From Setoptus koraiensis (taxonomy: Eukaryota; Animalia; Arthropoda), in contig CM106586.1 of assembly GCA_048013815.1 (NCBI GenBank), forward strand, positions 4,526,001 to 4,590,000: 64,000 nucleotides of DNA, in the 5' to 3' direction. The notes beneath the pieces were generated by a model, which saw nothing but the letters and a program-made list of their open reading frames with translations, made no database searches and had not been told where the DNA came from. The position numbers and the translations under genes were made by a program. Positions 25,331 through 38,700 of the stretch are shown here, one piece after another (position 1 is the stretch's first letter; each line of letters opens with the position of its first letter).

Positions 25331-28300
25331 TGACAACACTATCATGGGGGGATCTGCTGAAATCTGGCCAAATCAGCTGGAATGTCCCAAGTGACGCAAT
25401 ATTCAAATTAAGTCAGCGAGCGGCGGCAGCAGCAGCAGCAGGTGAGTGCGACGCAGCAACTGACACAACAAGTAACGTAACAAATAGCGCATAGCTGACC
25501 ACTGTCTTGGTGTGAATCTTGTCTAATATAGGCTGCAACAAGAGCAGTGTGAGCGCGATGCTGACGGAGGCAACAAACGAATGCAGTGGCAGCGATACGC
25601 AACGGTTACGTAACAACAACAGCAACAGCAACGACTCGTGTCATGTTGTTTAAATCTCTGCGCCGGCCAATAACAATTGCGCGCATCTCTCATTTATTGA
25701 GCATTGAAATTGTTGTTGTCGTTGTTGCTGTCGCTTGTTGTTGTTGCCTTCGGTTGTCGCTGTCGGTTGTTGCTGTCGCTTGTTGTTGTTGCTGTTGCCT
25801 TCGGTTGTTGCTGTCGCTTGTTGTTGTTGCTGTTGCCTTCGGTTGTTGCTGTTGCTGTCGGTTGTTGCCGGCGGTTGTTGTCGGCTGCTGGCCGGATTAA
25901 AGGTTCCGCGTGCGCCAAACAAAACAACGACAAGGCAAGAATAAGGCGACGTTATCAAACTCATATAAATGTTGGCGTGCGGCGACGGGGGAACAGAACA
26001 GTTACATAACAGTGTCATGTCAACACAGTTATCGCAAACTGCCAACTGGTGCCAGCGCAACGCATCCCGTGATTGACAGTCAAAGTAGCGCGTCCGAAAG
26101 GCGACACCCCCAATGCAGGCCAACAGGGCGCACAATGTCGCCGAAGAATAAGACGAAAAAATGTTATGTAACGGGGGGCGCCGTATTGCACATTCTTGTT
26201 TTTATTTGCAATTGGTGCCTCTCACTTGCCGTTACGTGTGACAGATAGATAGACAGTTACACGCGTTTTGCGTCACCGTGTCGCCGTGTCGCCGTTGTCG
26301 CCGTTGTCGCAACAACAGCGGCATGTTTGTGGCGCCAACCTGGCAGCCAAAAGGTGAAATCCGAGTTGGCGTTATATTTGTTTCATTATTTACCGGCCCG
26401 TTTCAAATCAAATCCTCTGTCTGGTGCACGGTGCTCTCATCTTGTCGGTGAGAGCGTCGGTGCTATTTTGACAAATTGAGTGTCAAGATACACACACACA
26501 GCAAAAAAACATAAGGTGAGCCGGGCCGCTCCTGTCCGTCGGCTGACAAGTTTAATCTCGCCTAACCGGCCCGCAACCGGCAACCGGCAGCCCGCAGCCA
26601 ACAACAGACAGCGACGCGCGAGCGCACAATACGAGCGCTTACGTAATATCAAGAAAGCGCGTATCATGCGTGTAGTGGCGCGGCTGTGGCTTGCGGCACC
26701 CGGATTGATTGATTCGGGCGATTGGTGCCCGAAGACTGCGTTGCCTAGCTACCCGAGCTAACTGTGGTCGCTCAGGTTGTTGGCCGGCCCGAGTACCTGG
26801 CGCAGGAAGCCATAGCCAGACGGTGCAGCACGGTCACGTTGTACCTGGACACACGGGTACAGCGCGCCAGGCGCACAGTTATGACATGAATGGCTTCCTG
26901 TGCCGCACGTGCTCCACGGGCGCCGCATGCGAATGCCGGCAACACGGATGCCGAGACCAGAGGTACGTGCGCCTATGAGCCGCGAACGCGACGTTTGTGC
27001 GCGCTGCCCAAACTTGAGCAACTTTTTGCCCCTTGCATAATAACCGCTCAACTGGCGAGATAATCTCTGCACAACAAACAAACAGTTACCTGTTCGGGGC
27101 AAGACACGACGCGCGGGGCCCGTCAGACAAATGTCACCCGCAACGCGCACACACGGGCAATAAAAGCGTCTCCGCGATCTCGATACAATTATACGGCGCG
27201 CGCGCTCGATGGCTCGCGTGCGTCGCGCTAGCGCAATGATAAATGACATTGTAAATTTGTCAAACTTGTCATTGTTTGGCCGTTATTTGCTGCAACTTTG
27301 CGAGCCAAGCGGCATCTAGCTCCGTTCGCGACTTGACTTGTGCGTGCGCTCGTGCTCGTGCTCGTGAGAGCTTAAGAACAAACGCGAGCGCACAATTGGC
27401 GCCCAAATAGCGAGCACGCTGTGCCGCTGGCATGTTTTGCGAGTCGCAACTAACGGCGACAATGAATCTGAGCTTGAGCCGATTGTTAGCGGGCACAATG
27501 CGCGCATTGCGTAATTATTATTATTAGTTGCCAGCCGACCCCTGCTGACTGTGATTGTTAACTGCAATTGTAAGTGTATTGCATAACATGCACCACAACT
27601 GCCATTCCAAATGCATTCTTGCGAGGGGGCCCAAGATGGGGCGCACTGTGACTGGCGCGTTGGTGTGCCGTTACGGCACAGCCGGCGCCCACTACAGTCA
27701 CATGACACAGCTAGCGAGCGGCTAGCTAGTGACGCGCGCCGCACAAGCCGCATCTCTAATTTGCATGCACGCGTGCCCCAGTGACAGGCCTCCGCTCGGA
27801 TATTTATATTGATCCGGTGGTATATTGACTATTTTGGGGCCCCTGTGCGCGCTTATCTGTGCTGCCGCCGCTGCTGCTGCAATGGGATTATGCAAGCTGC
27901 GCAGTGTGCAGTGTCGCTGCGTGTCGCATGTGCAATTTGTGCAACCCAAAGAGTTATTGTTTGTGTGACATTGACATGATTTGTCCGATTTGTGTGTCAA
28001 TTCAATTGGTCGTTACGTAACGACGACTTGTTAAAATACTGGCTGGCGGCACAGTCAGCATTTGGGCCCGCTATTGGCAGCCCAAATGCACGATTGCGAG
28101 CTTGTTGTCAGTGACGAGAACCGAGAAACAGCTGACCGGCAACCGTGCCAGCAAATTGGCTGGTCACTCTCTTTAGGAGTTTACGCAGTCGATACACGCT
28201 GATGGGCCAACGAGCGCGCCCTTGTGGGTGTTGTGATTGATTGAATTTTAAATGAGGCCCGCTGATTCGAATTGGCGCCATTCAAATAATACTACTAGCA

Positions 28301-29305
28301 GCAATTCAATAAATGATGATGCAATGATGATACGCACACGCCAATAGGTCGCATTATATGTAGTATAATATTATTTTCATTGCGTCACTCAATGTACAAT
28401 GTACATACTTAACACAATGTACGTACTGCTCGTGGACAGCTCAGTGAGTTGTCAGTGGCTGGCTCATTCTTGGGCAGCACGTGCCCACTGATAGGCGCAA
28501 CACCAGAGACGAGTTAACGGTTTATATCCGAGATACATGAGCCAAATATGTGGCTCGTGAGCCAGCGCGTGTTTGTGCGCGATAACCCATCCACTGGCAC
28601 ACTGTATATGTATACACGATGATTCTTCGACAATGACAGTTGACCCGTCTTATTTATTGCAATCTATTTATATTGTCTATATAGGCAATATGACAGCACG
28701 AGTCATCTATTGTCTGGCTAGATACGCAGGTGAATTCGGTGCGCATTTGGGGCATTCGAAGCATTCGAAGCATGCGGGCCATTCGGACCATTCAGACCAT
28801 TCGGAGCATTTGGGAATGGGGCGAGCGGGGAAAGTTTGGCAAATTTTGCAAACTTCGCCAACAGCCGATTGGCTCTTTGGTGCGTATGCAAAATGGCGAT
28901 ACTAACAGCGACTGTGTGCGATGGCATCGCACACTACAATAAGCTCGCAAGTTGTTGCATAATATTAAATAATAATACGTCATAATAAGTGATGATCATT
29001 TGTTGTTGGTGCCACTGCCGCTGCAAGTCATTGTTACGCAATGATGCGTTTCTGCCGTATCATATCTAACGGTAAGTCAAACGGTCAAAACGGCTTTGCT
29101 ATGCCTGACGCAATGCAAATGATGTATTGCAATAACACTAAATTAACTTTTGTTGTTGTTGTTGTTACTGTTATTGTTGTTGCTGCTGTTGTTGCTGCTG
29201 TTGTTGTTGTTGTTACTGCTGTTGCTGTCGTTGTTGTTGCTGTCGTTACATAATCCGCACAGATTATTGCGCTATATATGGCTGTTGTTATTATTGATTG
29301 CGCAA

Positions 29306-29339
<34 letters not shown>

Positions 29340-30877
29340 CGATGCGAGTTTATTTTATTTTATTGAATGAACTCTGGCACCAACGGCGACTCATCATCGC
29401 CGACAAGAGCTCAAGTAATTCGCTTATCACACTAAAACCATCGGTTATGACATGCTGCACAGTACCGTATATAACTGTTGGCCCGTAGCCGTATCTCACT
29501 ACGGCAACTTGATACTTTTGGCAAGCCGGTCCAACTCATTTTAAACTGAAAGTGCCACTTTTGTTTGTCACTTGTTTGGGCCCCTGGCCCCGCGTGCCGA
29601 CATGGCGCGCGCCAGGGCCCGCATGCGATTATCTGGCAAGGAATTGTGGCCAGCATAAATAGAATAAAATAAGGTGAAATAAATTCATTTCATCGGCTGG
29701 CTCAATTGGCTGCATTTGTTGCATTTGGTTGCAAAACTGTCACATTTGATGCTAGTCAGCACGGCGAGATTAATTTAGAGCAAACAAACACGCCAGCGCG
29801 CATATAGCAACTCGGCCAATTGCGACAGGTAAAACAATTAGCTGTGCGCTAAATTTAAAGTGGTCACTCGCTGCTACTTTGGCGCAGCCAGCGGCCACTG
29901 ACCACTGGCTGCGGCAGTGGTTAGCCACTTCTGCCAATACCACCGAACAGCTCAAGTGGACAGGAAATGGGCGACAGGAAGTGGGCGAGGTTTGGCCAAG
30001 TGGATTGGCCATTGAATGCTTGGTTGGTCGCTGTTGTTGTCGTTGTTGTTGCTGTTGTTGCTGTTGCCGCTGTTGTTGTTCGCCTGTCAAACTGACCCAT
30101 TCACTGCCACTGCCAGTGCAACTGTGAGCGTATGCATTGTGGCGCAATAACTTGCCAATGACCAAAGCGAACCTATACTGCCGCTGCTGCTATCTGTTTG
30201 TGCCTTGCTATATGCGCGACCTCTGTTGATTAGCATAAGTTGATTACCTGTCGGGCCGGCCTACCTTGGCCCTTGCCCTCTTCAGACCCGCCGGACCCGC
30301 CAGATCAGCCGCACGCCCACAAGCGCCCTCTGGAAGCGTCGTTGCGGTTGGCGGCCCGACGAGATCGCCGCCACTGTCAGAGAAGATTGCGGCTGGGCTG
30401 GCCAGTCTTGCCAGCAGGGCACACATTGTAACTATGGGCAATCAATCGATTTGGCAATTTTGTGTGTCGTCAACAATCAACAATTTTGCTTGGCGCGACT
30501 TGCTTCAAGTTTGCCAACTATGCAAAGGTGAAATGATTCCGCTGTCGGCCCGCTGCAAGTACCCACAGGCGAGATTTGCCGCTCGTCTGCAAATACCCCG
30601 ATGCAAATGATGCAAACGGTGCGTTGATTGTGATGCTGCCGAGACCACCAGAAACTGCAGGAGGGTATAGCAATACCCTCCTGCCGGGCACCGCAATGGC
30701 GCTCCGATGGCAATGCGATTTTATGCCCGGCCGGCCGGCCTTATTAGTTATTGCGCACCGTTATTAAGTAATACATGCTGCTGCTGTTGTTGTTGTTGTT
30801 GTTGTTGTCGTACCACTACAATTGGTTTGTGTGTGATTGCATCACTTAAAGTGGAACAACAGTGCAGCTCTTAATGC

Positions 30878-30912
<35 letters not shown>

Positions 30913-33900
30913 AGGCACTTAAAGTAAATTACATAATAATCATAGAACAATCAAACGGCGAAGAGAGAAGGGAGAAGAAGAAATAGTATTAGCGCTGTTA
31001 GTTGTTTGGCGTTTTTGTTGCTTGCAAACAGAATCATCCAGTCGCCACTTTGACATGATGCCACTGGCTGGCGTTAATAAACTGGCCCCACTGGCTGGGC
31101 CCCACGGCTTATAACTTGTAAGTTATAAGCTATAAGTTATAAGTTGAGCCGCTGCCCCTGATACCGCGCCGCTGATACCGCCGCAGCCGCCGCCGCTGAT
31201 AATGCCCCGTCCCCCAGTCAATATGTCCAATGAGCAACGAATTAAGCAATCCCCCAAAACAAACACACACACAATTCAAATTAGTGCGCTCGCGACTCAA
31301 GAGAAGCCAATCAATCCATCCACCATTGTCAGGCATGATAGCACAGGTGCATACTTGTTTGTGATCATTCAACTTGGCCCCAAAGTGCCTCGGCTCGGCT
31401 TATTCCCTCATCGCTGACGGGGGCCCCTGCCCGTTCGCTGGCTGTTCGCTGGCTCGTTCGCTGGCTCGTTCGCTGGCTGTTCGCTGGCTGTTCGCTGGCG
31501 GGCCCGCTCTCTCTCTGGTTGTCGGGGCCCCAATCGAGCCCCGACAACCAGAGAGACAGAGAGACTGGAAACGGATAATCGCCTGTCGCCGTGGAGCGAG
31601 CGAGAGTTACTGTCATTGTTAGCGGGCCGATTTGGGATGCATCAATATGCTTAATGGGCTTCCTCTGCGAATCGTGCCAATTTTGCCCGCGCCCGCTTCT
31701 CTGTGGCCGCTTTGTTGCGAGGCCCAGATTCCCAATTGCATCTTGGTTAATTTGTCTGCTGATTTGTGCGACCCGCTCCAAGCGCGTGTCTTATGCGGCA
31801 TAAGTTATGCCGCTGCCAATCACCCAATTCCCTGTGGCTGTCTAGTCGTCTGGTCGCCCAGCGCGTCCAGTGGCCCTGTCGTCTAGGCGGCCAGTTGGCT
31901 CACTGGCCGCGCTGGCCAGTGTGGGCGATTGCGGGCCAATTTGGGCGATTTCGAGCACTCGATAATGTCGAGCCGATAGCGAGCGGCAGATATGCACTAA
32001 AGCGGCGATACAGCGGTGACAATATATTGATAGAGTCCAATTTAGCACGCCACAATAGTGCCAATTTACAATATGAGAGGCACAAATATGCAAATATCAT
32101 CGCAAATCCACATCGACTGGCCACAACCCGGCCACGTACTGGTCACAAACTGGCCAGAGACTGGCCAGAGACTGGCCACAAACTGGCCACAAACTGGCCA
32201 GAGACCGGCCAGAGACTGGCGGTCAGTGCGCGACTGAAGCGAGCCACTTTTTGTCACACTGACACACTGTGTGCAAAATGTTTATCTCCGATAAGTCGAG
32301 TCGCTTATCATGAGAACTTATCTCCAGTCGCAGCACACACACAACACAGATAGATTACGGCGGGCCCCACAATCGAACGATTGAGACAAACATCGGCAGC
32401 ATAAATAAATAACGAAGGGGCCAGCTAATGATCATTGTGCGCATTATTATTGCCAACGATATGAGAGGCGCGCGCTGATATCGTTCATTATTATTGGCCC
32501 TGATGATTGTTGTAAAGCATAAAGCATGGATATTTATGTTTATTTGTTTGTTTGTTTGTTTGGTGGGTCGGTGGGTCGGTTGGTTGGCGAGCATGTCGAG
32601 TAAGTCACTCAAATGAGGTCGCTCTCGCGGCCACACTGCTCAAGATAATAAGCTGCCGTGAATTTATGCAAATGACGCACGTGTGTCATGATAAATGAGC
32701 CAGCGTCATTAGCAACACCTCGGCGCGGCCAAGTTGTGAGCGAGCAATCAAACAAGTTGCTTATAGCAACCGCGCTTTTAGCACAAACAAGCCACCTTTG
32801 CCCGCACAACAATACAACAACAACAACATTTATGCAACAAACTCGGGCCTTTATCTGCTGGCCAGAGTTAACAAGATCCATTATTGATAGTTGTGGCTTG
32901 TTGTGCGCGTATCATGTCATTTTTATATCTGTCCATATTTCTTGCTGTTGCTCTTAATTATTTGCTTGTCACCTCGCTGCGACAATTGTCCATGAACGCG
33001 AGGGGGCGCCACTTTATGCAAATGATCCGCTCCGGTGCGATCGGGTGCGGTGCGATCTGGTGCGGTGCGGTACGATCTGGTGCGGTCTGATCGGATCGGG
33101 TCGCCCCAAGCGACTTTCACTAACGCTGCAAGTTGGTGCAAGCGTGTCCGGCCCTGTGACGGCCAACAAGCGCATAGTGGCTCTCAGCCAGCAGCCAGAA
33201 ATAGAGACAGAAATAGTTGTGAGCCAATTATTATTCAATAATATAATTGATACAAACACTAATGGCACTTTGCCGCATTGGCCGCATTGCCCATTAGAAA
33301 GGTGCCCGGCACATCGCATATGCCGCTCATACTGTTATAGTATAATATTATATAACTTATTGTATATTTATTGTGCGTGTGACACGTGAAAAAATATAGA
33401 CAAATGGAAATATAAATGGCGGATAAAAGGAAAATTATGTAGTCTACCTTGAAGAGTTGGGGCGCGGCCAGGCGCAATTGATTGCGTTTCTTTGAGGGCT
33501 TCCTCAGAGTTCGTTTCCGAGATGAGCCATTAGCGGCGGCCCAAATTACGATTTACTGTCACCGATAGCCTGCCACAGCCTCACTGAGCTCAGGAGAGCT
33601 CGCATCGATGGGGCCCCATAACGGTTCTTGGAGGCCCGTTATGTGAGCGTGCATGTCACAATGCAAATAGACGACAAGGAGCAAACAGCGCCGCATACCG
33701 GTTACGTAATTACACTAGATACAGTGAGCGCGTGGTTGCGTCATCAAGAAATGAGTATTGCTTTGCGCATTTATATAATACTTTAATATGTGATACATAT
33801 ACTACTGGCGGTATATATATATATTTATATATGTAGTATATATATGTAGTATATATATGAAGTGGAGGAGACGACAGTTGAGTTAGTGCACTCGAGAGAG

Positions 33901-34686
33901 ATATGATAATGAGCTGCTTGATTACCTGACGCGACAAAAAGATGCTATTACCTTTGACGTTGCTGGCGAATGGAGTGCGCTTATTGCTTCGGCTGTTCGG
34001 GTTGGCAAAAAGTCAGTACTATATCGACCAATTTATAACCCGGCGGCCCGTTCAAGAATGCGCTCGCCCTGCTTGCTTGGCGCCCCTAGCGCCGGTCGCA
34101 AAAATTAACGCTGAGTCGCAGTCGCTAGAACGCTGAGTCGCAGTCGCTAGGCGACACACACAACCTTTGCCGCAAATATATGTATTATTATATGTATTAT
34201 TGCCATTATTATCATTATCGCCGCCGTTATTATTATACCCGACAGGGGGCCATCTTGCCGTCGTATGCCGGCATGCCGCTCGGCGACTCATTGAATTCGG
34301 CAGCTTCTCGGCTAGTCGGTGGGCTAATTTATTTATGCTAGTCACACGGCTAATTTAATGCCTTTCTTGCGGTTTATCTGCAACCGCATGGCACTTGCTT
34401 GCACCACATTGCACCACATCTCACATTCTTGAGTCGCAACAAATGCGACCCCACACTAGTGCGCAATATTGCCGCCGGTGGTGCCACTTGCCAATTAGTT
34501 TGCATGGCGCCGGCCCCAAGTCTGCCTGTCATCTGAGGGCTGCCCAAATAGCCAGATATGCTCTAGAGAGGCGCTCTCGTTTGCCACTCAAACGACGCGC
34601 CAACTGCGAATGGCACCCTGGCTGCGAGCGGCAACTCCGGCGAAAGTAGCAACGGAGGAGCCATTTCCAAGTAGTTCCGAGGGCCA

Positions 34687-34764
34687 TTCGAACAGGCCTG
34701 CGAACAGGCTTGCGAACAGACTTGCGAATAGGCTTGCGAATGGGCTTGCGAACGGGCTCTCGAA
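34687..34764. repeat. 12-bp minisatellite (TGCGAAYRGGCT) x6
   Basis: Directly visible. Confidence 0.88.
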
Positions 34765-35563
34765 ATCAAAATATACTTTTAATGAGCTGCCATTTCTCTC
34801 CATTAACACTAGGGCTTCTTGTGTCGGTTGCGTGTGTCGTGCGCCACACCGGCCGCTGATAACTCTCGCCGGCAGCAAGTTGCCACCTTGGCCACTGGCG
34901 ACACAATTGGCAACATGCGAGCCGGCCCCAATTTGGTGCGCTGCTGATAGATATTGCATCCAGAAATTATCCATCTGCACACAAACAGCAAGCTTGAGCG
35001 ACGATTTAATTTAGTGTTTGCATTGACAAATTGTATAATATTATCACCGATGCTTGATTGGCTGTCTGCTCGGCTTAGATGACGACCCCGACGAGCTGTT
35101 CGTTGGTCTGTCGAGTCGCAAATCGCTGATCGCTAGGCGCGCGCTGATTGGGGCGCCGATTGCGGCCGCCAGTGGCTGCCGGTGGCTGCTAGTGGCTGCT
35201 GTTGGCTGCTAGTTAGCCAGCAGTTAGACGGGCACGGCAAAAATGCTCTCCGTCGTGATGATAAGCAAATAATAAGAATAAGATTCAGCGCATAGATTGC
35301 GCAACGTTTGTTGTCTGGTCTAATGAGGAAAAGTTGGCCGTCTTTTGTTTGTCGCTGTCGCTGTTGTGGTCGTTGTCGTCGTCGCTGTTGTCGTCGCTGT
35401 TGTCGTCGTTGTTGTCGTTGTCGCTGGAATTGGGCGCGTGTGTTTGCATTTAAAATCAGGGCAAATCCGAGAAAGGATTGCTGCTCGGCTTGTGTCACTG
35501 ATACACCGACAACAACGACAACAACGGCAGCAACGACAACAACGACAACAACAGCAGCAACAA

Positions 35564-35601
<38 letters not shown>

Positions 35602-35725
35602 AACACACAACGGCAAACAATACATAATAATGCCACTGGGGCCGGGCTTTCTTGTTCGCCCCTTCCCTTATAAACAATCGCTTATAAACAACAAACCCAC
35701 GCTGGCTCGTGCAAGCGTGCGTGCT

Positions 35726-35727
<2 letters not shown>

Positions 35728-35783
<56 letters not shown>
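35728..35783. repeat. (GT)n microsatellite
   Basis: Long uninterrupted GT dinucleotide run; (CA)n runs also at ~29306-29336 and ~30879-30910. Confidence 0.95.
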
Positions 35784-35784
<1 letters not shown>

Positions 35785-38700
35785 AAACAATGACACAACA
35801 AGCAAAAACAATTAATAGAAAGCCAGCCAAACGGGGATAATCTTAATCATCTTAGCTCACACACACACACACGCACACAACTGGGCGCGCCTGGGCCCCT
35901 TTTCAACATTTGAACGCCACTTCCGGCCACGGGTGCCCATTTCTTGCGCCCGTTCGAGGAATCGTGTCAAAACTATTGTTGGCAAAATAATAGTTTTGGC
36001 CGGACAACTGTCATTGGTGCTTGTTGTAGTTGTTAGAATTAGCTTTCGATTTTTGGACAACAATGGACGCAATAACAGCTGATGGGCGAGTGAGTTTTTT
36101 CTTGATTAAACTCATTATCATCTTTGCCAGCCATCGCTGGCGACCGGGGCCCGGCATTATGTATCAAACTGCAGTTACTAATCAAGATGTATATCTGCCA
36201 TGAGCGCGTTAACTTTTGTGCTTGCATCCGCACACTTATACTTATTATTACTATTACTATTATTATTACTACTACTATCATGCTGTTGTTGCTGTTGTTG
36301 TTGCTGTTGTTGTTGTTGTTGTTGTTGGTATCGCACACATGTAGAGTGCAAATATAATGATGATTATTATTACGCAACGGCAACAACCACCAGTGACAAC
36401 TCGAACAACGCGAAATTCAAACTGACGATGAGACGAGTGGACCCAATTGGTGAATTGGCGAATTCGCGATGCGAGGCGCCGCTCACTGAGCGCGCTGTTA
36501 TCGATTCTTGTCGCCTGTCCGCGTGTTCGGGGGCCCGCCATTTAATGGGCAAACTCTTTTTAGTCGAGTTTTGTTTTTCGGTGCCTGTATCGCTCTGTCG
36601 CTGCCAACAAACAAACCAGTCACTGGCGACATAATGATCTCGGTCCCCTTTCACAACTGTACACCGATACTGAGTGTGTGATCCAATCGGCCAATGCAAT
36701 TGTTTTATTCGTGTCGTCTAGATCGTCTCCTTCGATTTCGTTCACACCGGGCCTCGTTGTGCGCCGGCACCCACGCCAACGCCAACGCCAACAGCCAACA
36801 GCCAACAGCCAACAGCCAACAACGCGACGTGCCACAAACAACAATACGACACAACAAACACAACAACAGATATTCGGATAGATAGAGATTTTCGTGCCTA
36901 TATAAACACACACTCATGCGTGCCTGTCTATCCACCAAGATTGTGCGTGAGACATCGGCTGTGCGCCTATAATGTCACAAGACTGGCTTGCCAAAGCCGT
37001 CTTGCTAAAAGTCTCAGCTCGAGTGCCGACACATTGAGCCCTATAGTCGCTGGCACCATATAGGCTCACAAGTTGTCAGTCTCTCGAAATGTCTCCACAG
37101 ATTGCCGGCGAGCTCACTGGCGAGACACGCGGCTACAGACGCGTCCGTTGGAGCGGCGCAGCAAGGGGCCAATTTGATCAACTTGACCAACTTGACCTCG
37201 TTGACCCAAGTTAATCCTGTTTTGGCCTCACACTACATCTACGCTCTTATGTGTGTCATGTGTAAGACTCAAATCTCAGCAAACGCCCAGCTCTGTGTCA
37301 CGTGGACAGCGGCACAGATTGGCAAGGTGATCTTAATTTCAAATTTGTTTTTCACAACAACAATTTTCAATTTTGACTCTGGCGGGCACGGTAGCAACTC
37401 CGAGATTATGCAGTTGGTATTTTCAATTATTGCACCACAAACTATTGGGAACTATTGAAAATACCAACTAATCAATCATTGATAATTTAAAAGTGATGCT
37501 TCGGCGTGGGCGATGGACCTTGAAATTTTGCCAATGCCGTTCGAAAATTTACATCTACTTTTTCTGCAACGAAAAATGTCCATCGACCACTGTTACGTCA
37601 CACCCAAACGTATCCTGTGTTTGCTGGTGGCTAGATGAGAAAATTCAGCAGTCATCGTTAACTAACGGCGACAAGCAGATTATGGACGATTGTTCTCTCT
37701 TTTGCCGCATTTCCGTCTCACGATTTCTGTCAGCGGTCCAGTGGATTGCGTTTATCTGATGCCGAGCGGCAGCGAAACAAGGTGCCAACTGAGCATCGAT
37801 TTCTCAGAATTGACACGTTTCGTTTTGAGGCAACTTGAGCAGCGGCAACTTTCAGTGTGCCAGTTGGCTCGAATTGGCTTGAGTGAGCGGCCGAGTGCTG
37901 CCTTCGAATAGAAGGGTCACCCAAAGAGCACTCGTTCGAAGAATTATCCTTCGAGGGACGGCTGGCGATGTGACACGGCATGAGACGGACATTTCTTGTG
38001 CCTTTCATTTGGGGCCCGTTCCAGTGGTTGTGCTCGGGCGTAGGTGGCTCAGGTAGTTGCAGTGGCTCAAGTAGCTCTTGTATGGGTGCTCTGTTGATGG
38101 TGGGCAGCTGATTGAGGCCACTTTAATCCCGACGACAACACGCGGCTCTTGGCGAGTAACGAGAAGAAGCCGGCGGAATCGGAGAAGAGAGGCGCACTAG
38201 TGGCCAAAGTGGAGAGTAATTGAGCGAGCCAACGAGGGACTTGGCTGACCTCATCACCAACGTAGGTGTGTGACAATGATTAGATCAACTAATCATAATC
38301 ACGTTACTCTGGACGTTCTTTTGGACGCCCACAGCTGGCTCTTCTTTTGGCACTCGCGCTCGAGCTCAACACTTAAACTAGTGCCCGTATGAGGCCCGTA
38401 GATGTGCCTGGCTGGCCGGCCGGCCGGCAAGAGAAGCGAGTCAATTTTAGACAATTTCAACCAGCACAATTTCACAACAATGTGGCTCTCTCGCTCTCTT
38501 TTCTCGACTCGTAATCTTGTTGTTAGTGTCGCGAAAGTTTGCAGCGAGTTTGTGTGCCTGTAACATAGATGATGATGTCATTATTTATTATTTATCAAAA
38601 ATATCACTACCAACTGTGGCAAGCAGAGCAACTACATCGAGTATAACAACTATAACGGAGTATGTGAGTGTCATATCTTGCTCATATATCTCGTAGATTG

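Noticed and set aside
33371-33384. 14-nt match to miR-210 (TTGTGCGTGTGACA)
   Set aside because: The 3' part diverges, no convincing complementary 5' arm lies at pre-miRNA distance, and TG-rich sequence is abundant here.
37690-38060. Retropepsin-like fragments (YLMPSGSE; LRGTAGD...PVVVLGRRWL) suggesting an LTR-element remnant
   Set aside because: The catalytic Asp is absent, the spacing is off, and no RT, integrase or LTR is visible; too weak without a profile search.
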